Origin: Verrucomicrobiales bacterium
GTDB taxonomy: Bacteria > Verrucomicrobiota > Verrucomicrobiia > Verrucomicrobiales > V1-33
Assembly (NCBI GenBank): GCA_031411295.1
Contig: JANOAV010000157.1
Location: forward strand, 96,001-160,000
Direction of reading: 5' to 3'
Length of the DNA: 64,000 bases
Shown here: in pieces, positions 1-8,166 of the stretch
How positions within the stretch are numbered: the first letter of the stretch is position 1
Layout: each line of letters opens with the position of its first letter
The notes under the pieces: generated by a model
Seen by the model: the letters and a program-made list of their open reading frames with translations, nothing else
Database searches by the model: none
Told to the model about the DNA's origin: nothing
Program-made: the position numbers and the translations under genes

Positions 1-1
1 C

Positions 2-2520
2 ACCGTCAACATGAACTCGGATGGAACATTTATTTACACGCCAAATGCGAATGCCAACGGCACGGACACGTTTACCTACAAGGCCAGCGACGGCATTGAG
101 GAAAGCCCCCCAGCCACTGTTACCATCAACATCACCCCAGTGAACGATCCCCCCTTGGCCGTAGCCAATAGCTATACGCTGGCCGAGGACACGATCCTAA
201 CTGTAAACGCTGCGACCGGGATCCTGAGCAACGACACCGATATTGATAGTCCCTCCTTGACCGCTGTCATCGTGGCGCAGCCGTCCTCCGGTTCACTTAC
301 GCTGAACGCAAACGGGAGTTTCAGTTACACCCCAGTGGTAGATTTTTTCGGCACGGTTACTTTCACCTATCGGGCCAATGATGGGGCGCTGAATTCTAAT
401 ACCGTGACCGTGACTCTAAATGTCACCCCGGTCAATGAAACTCCGGTCACGGGACCTGCCGAAAGCTACTCGCTTCCGAAAAACACCGTGTTCACGATCA
501 CCAACGTAAACGGCACAAACGTGACCGAAGACGTCATCCTGAGCGCGGTGCGTAATGGCAGCAATGCGATCACGACCCCTGGCTCGCTGTGGCGTTACTC
601 GGATGTAGGTCAACTCTCCGTGGCCGCGCAAGCCAATTGGAAGAAATTGAGTTTCGTCGATACCCTCTGGAAGGAAGGCGCTTCCGAACTTGGCTATGGC
701 GACGGGCCCACCGTTCCCGAAGCCACCATCATCGAGGACAATCCGGTGGCTGGCTACGTCGGTGCTGATACCGATCGCTACTGGACGGCCTATTTCCGGA
801 AAAAGGTTAGCATTCCCAGAGTCAACGAAATCACCAGCGTCTCACTGCAAGTGCTGCGCGATGATGGAGCCGTGATTTATCTCAATGAAAATGAGGTTTT
901 TCGTTACGCTCTGACTGCGAATCCAGGTTACACCACTCCGTCTTCCGTTGGGGTAACGGGGGCGGATGAATATACTTTTTTTGATGCGGCCAATATCGGC
1001 ACGGGAACTAATCAGAACTGGACCCAGATCGTTCCCAACCCAGCTCAACTGGTCGAAGGGGATAATATTTTCGCAGTGGAAGTTCATCAAAACGTGCAAA
1101 GCAGCTCAGATCTGAGTTTTGATCTGAAGTTCACCGTCACCCGCCAAACCAGCCCTGGATTGCTCTTCAATGATTCCGATCCCGATGGCGATCCTATCAC
1201 CGCCCGACTCGTGACTCAAGCCGCCAACGGGACCGTGACCATTAATCCAAACGGCAGGTTCTCCTACACTCCGAACCTCGCCTATGTGGGCACGGACACC
1301 TTCCGTTACGACGTGTTTGACGGCACCAGCGCCAGTCCTCCCGTGACCGTAGCCCTGACGATTACGCAGGGAGGAAATGTCCCTCCCGTCGCGAACGCTG
1401 ACACTTATAATGGCACGGAAGACACCACGCTGACCGTCAACGCTGCGCAGGGAGTCCTCGCCAACGACGTAGAACCAGATGGCGATCCGTTTACCGCTGT
1501 CCTCGTCACACAGCCAACGAAAGGCACCGTCAGCCTCATTGCCAATGGATCTTTTGTTTACACTCCACTAGCCAATCTCAATGGCACGGACACCTTCACC
1601 TACAAGGCAACTGATGGCTCAGACTCCCCGCCCGCCACCGTCACTATTAACCTCGCTGCAGTGAATGACCTCCCGGTGGCGGTGAATGACGTTTACGGAG
1701 CAGAACCGGGACAAAACCTTGCCATCAATGCCGCCCAAGGCGTCCTCGCGAATGATACTGATGTCGATGGAAACAGCCTCACAGCTGTCCTTGTCAGTCC
1801 ACCCAGCAGCGGAACGCTGGTCCTCAATGCCAACGGATCTTTCAATTACACTTCAGTGGCGGCTGGCAATTTCACCTTCACTTATCGGGCCAACGACGGC
1901 AATGGGACCTCCAATCTGGCCACCGTCACCCTTGCCATCAATGCCGCCCCGATCGGAACTGCTGATAGTTATACCACGTTGGAAGATGTAACACTCAACG
2001 TGCCTGGTGCCTCGGGCGTTCTGGCAAATGATAGTGATCCCGAGGGACAACCGCTGACAGCCATTTTGATCAGCCCTCCCGCCGCTGGGGGCAGCCTCAC
2101 GCTCAACCCCAACGGATCGTTCACCTACACCCCTCCAACCAATCGTGACCTGCCGGTGACCTTCGTGTATCAAGCCTCCGACGGCTTCCGCACCTCCGCC
2201 AACGTCACCGTCACGATCAACCTAACGCCCGTCAATGACGCCCCCGCTGCCGCCAATGATAGCTCCACTGCTCTCGTAAACCAAGCGTTGACGGTTTCTG
2301 CCCCTGGCGTGCTGGGCAATGATTCCGATGTGGAAGGCAATGCCATTTCCGCCATCATTGAAACGCAGCCCGCCCACGGCACCGTGACTCTTAATGCCAA
2401 CGGCAGCTTCGTTTACACGCCGACTCTTGACTACACTGGGCCAGATAGCTTCACCTATCGCGCCTTCGATGGCGTTAATGTTTCTGCTCCCGCCACTGTT
2501 AACCTCACCGTAGCCGCAGG
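2..2520 (+). repeat. Degenerate coding tandem repeats (one partial plus six Ig-like units of about 285 bp, one interrupted by an inserted domain)
   Basis: Recurring peptide motifs VND.P.A..D.Y, GVL.ND.D and NGSF.YTP in the translation. Confidence 0.85.
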
Positions 2521-5500
2521 GTCCGTCATCGTGATCAATGAAATCATGCTGCGTCCCAACACCACGTTCCCCGAAGCCACCAACCGTGAATGGATCGAAA
2601 TCTACAATCGTGGCACCTCTCCGGCCAATATTTCCAACTGGAAAATTGATTCCGGAGTGGATTTCACCTTCCCCGCGAATCTCTCAATCCCAGCCGGCGG
2701 CTATCTTGTAATCGCAGCGAACGTGGCGGCGTTCCAAGCCGCCAATCCCGCCGTAACTAACGCCATCGGCGGCTGGTTGGGGACGCTCAGCAATACTTCT
2801 AATACCATTTCCTTGGCCGATGCCGACGGCAATCGGATCGACAGCGTAACCTATGCCACAGAGGGCGATTGGAGTCAGCGCATTCGTGAAACAACGTTCA
2901 ATGGTTGGGCCTGGAGCACCGCCACCAATGGCGGCGGCAAGAGCATCGAGTTGCGCAACCCCCAACTCAGCAATGACAACGGCCAAAACTGGATCGCTTC
3001 CACCCCCGCGAATGGAACCCCGGGTGTCGTCAACAGCGCCTTCACCACCAATGTTCCGCCCATCATTAAAGCCGTCAAACATAGCCCTGCGGTGCCAAAA
3101 CCCACAGACACTGTGGTTATTTCGTGCGAACTTAATGATGAACTGCCTAACGCCAAATTGAGCGCCACCCTTTTTTGGCGCGATGTCACGACGACTACGC
3201 CGGGGTCCTTTGCTTCCATTCCGATGTCAACGGATGGTAATGAAAAGTGGTTCGCGCCACTGCCACCGCAAGTCAACCTCACGATCATTGAATTCTACAT
3301 TTCCGCCACTGACGGGACCAATACCCGCACCTGGCCCGCACCCACCGCTGAAGGGCAAAATGCTAACTGTCAGTATCAAGTCGATGATGCGCCCACCTCC
3401 ACCACGGCGGAGATGTATCGGTTAATCTTAACCGCTGCCGAAAACACGGCTTTCAACAACGTAGCCATCAGCAGCGACCGGCAGTTTAACCAAACCCTGA
3501 TCGTAACCCGCGGAACCGAAACGAGCATTCGTTATCGTTGCGACATGCGCATCCGTGGTAACTCCAGTCGTAGTTATCAATTCAAGCCTCTGCGCATCAG
3601 CATCCCCGCTGACGACGATTTGAATGGCAGCACGAAGTTCAATCTGAACCCCAAAGCATCGTTCCTGCAATACTTCGGAATGCGGCTGTTCCAAGCTTCC
3701 GGCATTCGTGCCCCGGACGCCATTCCAGCGGATCTGCGTCGCAATGGGATTAAATCCACGACCAGCAGCGGCAATGCCCCCGACTATGGCCTGTGGGTGC
3801 GGGTCGAGGACGTCAGTTCTGAATTGGTGAATACCCACTGGCCCCTAGCCGACACCGGAGGGGTTTACAAGAAAGGCCGCAACGACTATTATTGGCGTGC
3901 CACGCAGGCCGCACCGGGCAACCCGGATTCGCTGCTTGATGGATGGACCAAGCAGAATAATTCCTCTGCTAACGACTGGTCGGATGTGACGAATTTCTTC
4001 TCGGTCTGGCAGGCTAATACCGCCGTGCACTTTCCGGGCTCCGCCGCCAATGACGTTGCAGGCAGCGGCGGCGCCTCGATCACGGGTAACGGCAACTGGG
4101 CGGGAACGGCATTTAGTGCAGCGGAAATAGCCAATCTCGAAACCGTCTCCGACTTTGACCAATGGGCTCGTTGGTTTGCCGTCATGACGCTGATTCAAGA
4201 CAATGAAACGAACATTTCCAACGGCCAAGATGATGACTATGCCGCTTACTTTGAACCCTCCACCATTGGCGGCATCCCCCGTCGTCGCATGCAGTTAGTG
4301 CCCCACGATTTGGATACTATTTTCGGGATTGGCGACAACGTCACTTCTCACGGCCTTTTTGATATGACGGATGAAAGTTACGTCTTTCGGCCGCTCCTGC
4401 CATTGTTTGGAAATAGCACCACCCCCGGCAACGCAGCCTTCCGCACCAAATATTTCAACGCTCTGCGCGAGCTTATTGGCACTGTCTTCAATGCGGATAC
4501 CACGAGTGATCCCAATCCTCCTTTTTACCGGCTGCTGGACCATCATTTAGGGAATTGGGTTCCGGAAGCCACCCGCACCTCCATGAAGGATTTCATGCGC
4601 CAGCGGGGGACCTACTTATTAGGACTCATGAGCCAAACGGCCACCACTCCTCCTGCCGCCACTTCCACCGCCACCCTAACTGTAGCGCACGGCACGCTCT
4701 TCATTCATGAAATCATGGCCAACAACGTTTCGGCCCACGCCAACGGCATCACGTTCCCAGACGTCATCGAACTCCGCAATACCAGCGCGACCGCCGTCAG
4801 CCTCGCAGGCATGAGCATCACTGATGATCCCCTGCTGAAAGCCAAATTCGTCTTCCCTGTCGGCACCAGCATTCCAGCCAATGGCCTGCTCGTCCTCTAC
4901 GCCGACTCTGCCACGACTCAACCGGGCCTCCACCTTGGCTTCGGCCTTGATTCAGATGTTGATACCGTGGCACTCTATCAAACGGTGGCCAACGGGCAGG
5001 CCCTCATCGACAGCGTCACTTTCGGCCTCCAACCGGCCAACTACAGCATCGGCCGCACCGGAGCCAATTTCGATGTCTGGACCCTCTGCACACCCACCGT
5101 GGGGCTGGCCAATACCGCCGTCGCCACGCTGAGTCCCCCCACCGGACTCCGCATTAACGAGTGGCTCGGCAATGCCGACTACCGAGCGGCCGATGATTTC
5201 ATCGAAATCCACAATTCCGCAGCCAATCCTGTCACCCTGAGTGGGATGCGCTTAACCGATGATTTCATTAACTATCCGGACCGTGGCCTGATCGTTCCCC
5301 TCAGCTACATCGGTCCCGGCAGCTTTATCGACTTTCTGCCCAAGGGCAGCAGCGCCAGTCCTGGTAATGCGCGCGAACTCAACTACAAACTCGGCTCCAC
5401 CTTCGGAAACGTCACCCTGTTAGGCGCAAATCTTAGCCAGGTAGACCAAGTCGCGACCGTTTCTCATTTCCGTGACCAATCCATCGGCCGACTCCCCGAT

Positions 5501-6706
5501 TCCGGCCCAGCGATTTCTGGCCTGTCCATTCCCTCCCCTGGATTTTCCAATGCTCCGCTGGATGTCAATCAGATCAATCTCATCAACTTCCTGCGCATAA
5601 CCGAGTTGATGTATAACCCATCCAGCACCGCACGCTCGGAATATATCGAACTCCGCAACATGAGCGATAAATCCGCCACCCCCGTGGTGCTGGATCTCAC
5701 TGGAGTCACCTTCTCCAAAGGCATCTCCTACACCTTCCCCGCCATGACCCTGGCGGCTGGAGCGCATGTCGTGATTGCTGCAGATACGGCTAAATTTACC
5801 ACCCAATTCCCCGCCGTTCCCGTGTTAGGACCTTGGCCGGCCACCAGCAAACTCAGCAACAAAGACGACCGAGTCCGCTTGGAGATTTCTGGCGCCGGAG
5901 TCGCGATTTTAGATTTCCACTACTATGATGACTGGTATCCTTCCACCGACGGACAAGGCTCCGCCCTGCAAATCGTGGATGGCACCGCCGCGCCAGCCCA
6001 GTGGGATAAGCAAGTCGGCTGGCAAGCCAGTGCCCCTAATCCCGGCAGCAGCCCACCGTTCAGTATCAGCGCTGGCATCGACCTTTTTGGCAACATCGCC
6101 ACGCCCATCCTGCTGGATGGAGCCATCCAACCTGGGGCCGTTGCACCACAAGACATCTCTGTGCTCTGGACCAAAGAATCCGGCCCTGGCACCGTGACCT
6201 TCACCACCGCCAACTACCAGGACGCGAACGGTCGCTTCTCCGCTCCGGGCGTCTATGTGCTGAGATTTACCGCCACCGCCGGAGCCACCACCATCTCCGA
6301 CACCGTGCAAGTCACCATCGCTGAAGATTACAACACCTGGGTCGCCCGCCTGCTCGCCAGCCAATCCCCCGCCAATCAAGCCAAAGGCGCAGATCCGGAC
6401 AAAGACGGCATCAGTAACCTCATCGAATACGCCACCGGATCCAATCCCCTGGCCGCCAACAGCGTCCTCACACCCACTTGGATTAATGATCACCTCGGCG
6501 TGCGCTATCCTCTCTCCGCCACCCTGCCGCAGGACATCCAAGTCATTACCCAGCTCTCCTACGATCTCCAAACTTGGTTCGACAACGTCACCAACAACAG
6601 CATGGAAAGCGCCACCACCAGCCAGCAAGAATGGCTCTCCGAAGACCTGAGTTCTCCCGCCCCCGAAGGCCGCACCTACTTCCGTCTAAAAGTTATTTGT
6701 CCGTAA
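2..6706 (+). CDS. Giant secreted/surface protein, 5'-truncated: tandem cadherin-like Ig repeats, four lamin-tail domains, CotH-family kinase domain, PKD-like domain, C-terminal DxDxDG-NLxEY domain
   Basis: The frame is open from base 2, so the ATG at 11 is internal. About 95-aa repeats (NDxPxAxxDxY..GVLxNDxDxxG..NGSFxYTP..DxFTY) run to about 2520. LTD starts are INEIM, IHEIM, INEWL and ITELM. CotH-like motifs RIRGNSSR and PHDLDTIFG lie at about 3410-4625. Confidence 0.9.
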   Translation, partial: TVNMNSDGTFIYTPNANANGTDTFTYKASDGIEESPPATVTINITPVNDPPLAVANSYTLAEDTILTVNAATGILSNDTDIDSPSLTAVIVAQPSSGSLTLNANGSFSYTPVVDFFGTVTFTYRANDGALNSNTVTVTLNVTPVNETPVTGPAESYSLPKNTVFTITNVNGTNVTEDVILSAVRNGSNAITTPGSLWRYSDVGQLSVAAQANWKKLSFVDTLWKEGASELGYGDGPTVPEATIIEDNPVAGYVGADTDRYWTAYFRKKVSIPRVNEITSVSLQVLRDDGAVIYLNENEVFRYALTANPGYTTPSSVGVTGADEYTFFDAANIGTGTNQNWTQIVPNPAQLVEGDNIFAVEVHQNVQSSSDLSFDLKFTVTRQTSPGLLFNDSDPDGDPITARLVTQAANGTVTINPNGRFSYTPNLAYVGTDTFRYDVFDGTSASPPVTVALTITQGGNVPPVANADTYNGTEDTTLTVNAAQGVLANDVEPDGDPFTAVLVTQPTKGTVSLIANGSFVYTPLANLNGTDTFTYKATDGSDSPPATVTINLAAVNDLPVAVNDVYGAEPGQNLAINAAQGVLANDTDVDGNSLTAVLVSPPSSGTLVLNANGSFNYTSVAAGNFTFTYRANDGNGTSNLATVTLAINAAPIGTADSYTTLEDVTLNVPGASGVLANDSDPEGQPLTAILISPPAAGGSLTLNPNGSFTYTPPTNRDLPVTFVYQASDGFRTSANVTVTINLTPVNDAPAAANDSSTALVNQALTVSAPGVLGNDSDVEGNAISAIIETQPAHGTVTLNANGSFVYTPTLDYTGPDSFTYRAFDGVNVSAPATVNLTVAAGSVIVINEIMLRPNTTFPEATNREWIEIYNRGTSPANISNWKIDSGVDFTFPANLSIPAGGYLVIAANVAAFQAANPAVTNAIGGWLGTLSNTSNTISLADADGNRIDSVTYATEGDWSQRIRETTFNGWAWSTATNGGGKSIELRNPQLSNDNGQNWIASTPANGTPGVVNSAFTTNVPPIIKAVKHSPAVPKPTDTVVISCELNDELPNAKLSATLFWRDVTTTTPGSFASIPMSTDGNEKWFAPLPPQVNLTIIEFYISATDGTNTRTWPAPTAEGQNANCQYQVDDAPTSTTAEMYRLILTAAENTAFNNVAISSDRQFNQTLIVTRGTETSIRYRCDMRIRGNSSRSYQFKPLRISIPADDDLNGSTKFNLNPKASFLQYFGMRLFQASGIRAPDAIPADLRRNGIKSTTSSGNAPDYGLWVRVEDVSSELVNTHWPLADTGGVYKKGRNDYYWRATQAAPGNPDSLLDGWTKQNNSSANDWSDVTNFFSVWQANTAVHFPGSAANDVAGSGGASITGNGNWAGTAFSAAEIANLETVSDFDQWARWFAVMTLIQDNETNISNGQDDDYAAYFEPSTIGGIPRRRMQLVPHDLDTIFGIGDNVTSHGLFDMTDESYVFRPLLPLFGNSTTPGNAAFRTKYFNALRELIGTVFNADTTSDPNPPFYRLLDHHLGNWVPEATRTSMKDFMRQRGTYLLGLMSQTATTPPAATSTATLTVAHGTLFIHEIMANNVSAHANGITFPDVIELRNTSATAVSLAGMSITDDPLLKAKFVFPVGTSIPANGLLVLYADSATTQPGLHLGFGLDSDVDTVALYQTVANGQALIDSVTFGLQPANYSIGRTGANFDVWTLCTPTVGLANTAVATLSPPTGLRINEWLGNADYRAADDFIEIHNSAANPVTLSGMRLTDDFINYPDRGLIVPLSYIGPGSFIDFLPKGSSASPGNARELNYKLGSTFGNVTLLGANLSQVDQVATVSHFRDQSIGRLPDSGPAISGLSIPSPGFSNAPLDVNQINLINFLRITELMYNPSSTARSEYIELRNMSDKSATPVVLDLTGVTFSKGISYTFPAMTLAAGAHVVIAADTAKFTTQFPAVPVLGPWPATSKLSNKDDRVRLEISGAGVAILDFHYYDDWYPSTDGQGSALQIVDGTAAPAQWDKQVGWQASAPNPGSSPPFSISAGIDLFGNIATPILLDGAIQPGAVAPQDISVLWTKESGPGTVTFTTANYQDANGRFSAPGVYVLRFTATAGATTISDTVQVTIAEDYNTWVARLLASQSPANQAKGADPDKDGISNLIEYATGSNPLAANSVLTPTWINDHLGVRYPLSATLPQDIQVITQLSYDLQTWFDNVTNNSMESATTSQQEWLSEDLSSPAPEGRTYFRLKVICP

Positions 6707-6711
6707 CCCCC

Positions 6712-8154
6712 TTACCCCAGCAACTCCGTCACCACCCGTGCCTTCTGGCCATTGGTTAGACTCGCTTCGGTGCCGTTGCTCTTGTAGGTTAGTTTCTTGT
6801 GATCCAATCCGAAGAGATGCAGCAGTGTAGCATGATAGTCGGTGTGGGTGACCACGTCTTTGACGGCATGGTGGCCCCATTCATCCGTTTCCCCATAGGC
6901 TAGACCGCCTTTAAATCCTCCACCAGCCAGCCACATGCTGAAACCATAGGTATTGTGATCCCGCCCCCATTTGGCCTCACCACCGTCATTTTGCAGCACT
7001 GGAAGCCGGCCCATTTCACCGCCCCAATGCACCACCGTGGTATCCAGGAGGCCACGTTGTTTGAGATCCTTGAGCAAGGCGGCACAGGGTTGGTCCATTT
7101 CCCGGCAGCGATTCGGTAGTTCCTTATAAATGGCACCATGATGGTCCCAGGATTGGCCTTGGTTCCACACCTGCACAAAGCGCACCCCTCGTTCCACCAA
7201 CCTTCGTGCAATCAAGCAGCGCGATCCATAATCGCGCGTCACATCCTGGTCCAGGCCGTAGAGTTTCCGAATATGCTCCGGCTCATCCATGACATTCAGC
7301 GCCGCTTTGGCCGCCGTCTGCATGCTGGCAGCCAATTCGTAACTGGCAATTCGTGCCTGGAGATCCAGTTCCCCCGGATGCTGCGTGCGATGCGCTTCAT
7401 TCAAGCTGCGCAGATAGTCCAACTGGCGTCGCTGACCCTCCCCGGCCAATCGTGCCGGAGCATCCAAATTCAAAATTTGCGGAGCCTGCGCCCGCACCGC
7501 CGTGCCTTGATAAATGGAGGGCAACCAGCCACTGGACCAATTTTCATTCGTCAACAACGGCGGTCCGTGCGGACTCGTTAGGGCGACAAACGATGGCAAT
7601 TCATCGCTATGACTACCCAGCCCATAATTCAACCAACTCCCCAGCACGGGCCGACCACTCATGATGCTGCCGCTGTTTAGCGCCAGCAAGCTTTGGCCAT
7701 GGTTATTCACCCCTGTGTGCATCGATCGAATCAGACAAACATCATCCACCACCTCGCCCAAATGCGGCAACAATTCGGACAACTCCGTGCCGCATTGGCC
7801 ATGCGGTTTGAATTTAAAGGGCGAGCCCAAGACCTTACTGCTGGCTTCGGCCACGTTGTCGTATTTAATCTCTCCGGGAAATTTCTGCTGATGGTATTTC
7901 GTTAGCATCGGCTTTGGATCGAACAAATCCATCTGCGAAGGACCGCCCACCATGAACAACGAAATCATCGCCTGCGCCTGCCCAAAACTGGGCGGCATTT
8001 TCGGTCGAACATCATACCCTTCCCCCGCCCCATGCGGCTTAACGGGAGCAGCCAGCAAACCCTCCCGCTGCAGCAACGAAGTGATCGCTAGTGAACTCAG
8101 CGAGAACGCACTGGATTGTAAAAAATGACGACGAGAGCAAAGGGAGCGACGCAT
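6712..8154 (-). CDS. DUF1501 domain protein with Tat signal
   Basis: N-terminal SRRHFL twin-arginine motif; family motifs GGPSQMDLFDPKP, ARRLVERGVRFV, WDHH, GEMGRLP and GRDHN; directly downstream of a DUF1549/1553 gene. Confidence 0.92.
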   Translation of the reverse strand: MRRSLCSRRHFLQSSAFSLSSLAITSLLQREGLLAAPVKPHGAGEGYDVRPKMPPSFGQAQAMISLFMVGGPSQMDLFDPKPMLTKYHQQKFPGEIKYDNVAEASSKVLGSPFKFKPHGQCGTELSELLPHLGEVVDDVCLIRSMHTGVNNHGQSLLALNSGSIMSGRPVLGSWLNYGLGSHSDELPSFVALTSPHGPPLLTNENWSSGWLPSIYQGTAVRAQAPQILNLDAPARLAGEGQRRQLDYLRSLNEAHRTQHPGELDLQARIASYELAASMQTAAKAALNVMDEPEHIRKLYGLDQDVTRDYGSRCLIARRLVERGVRFVQVWNQGQSWDHHGAIYKELPNRCREMDQPCAALLKDLKQRGLLDTTVVHWGGEMGRLPVLQNDGGEAKWGRDHNTYGFSMWLAGGGFKGGLAYGETDEWGHHAVKDVVTHTDYHATLLHLFGLDHKKLTYKSNGTEASLTNGQKARVVTELLG

Positions 8155-8166
8155 GAAATGAGAAAG

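Noticed and set aside
2..2520. CRISPR array or DNA-level tandem repeat
   Set aside because: The periodicity is at protein level with divergent codons; there are no identical repeats with spacers.
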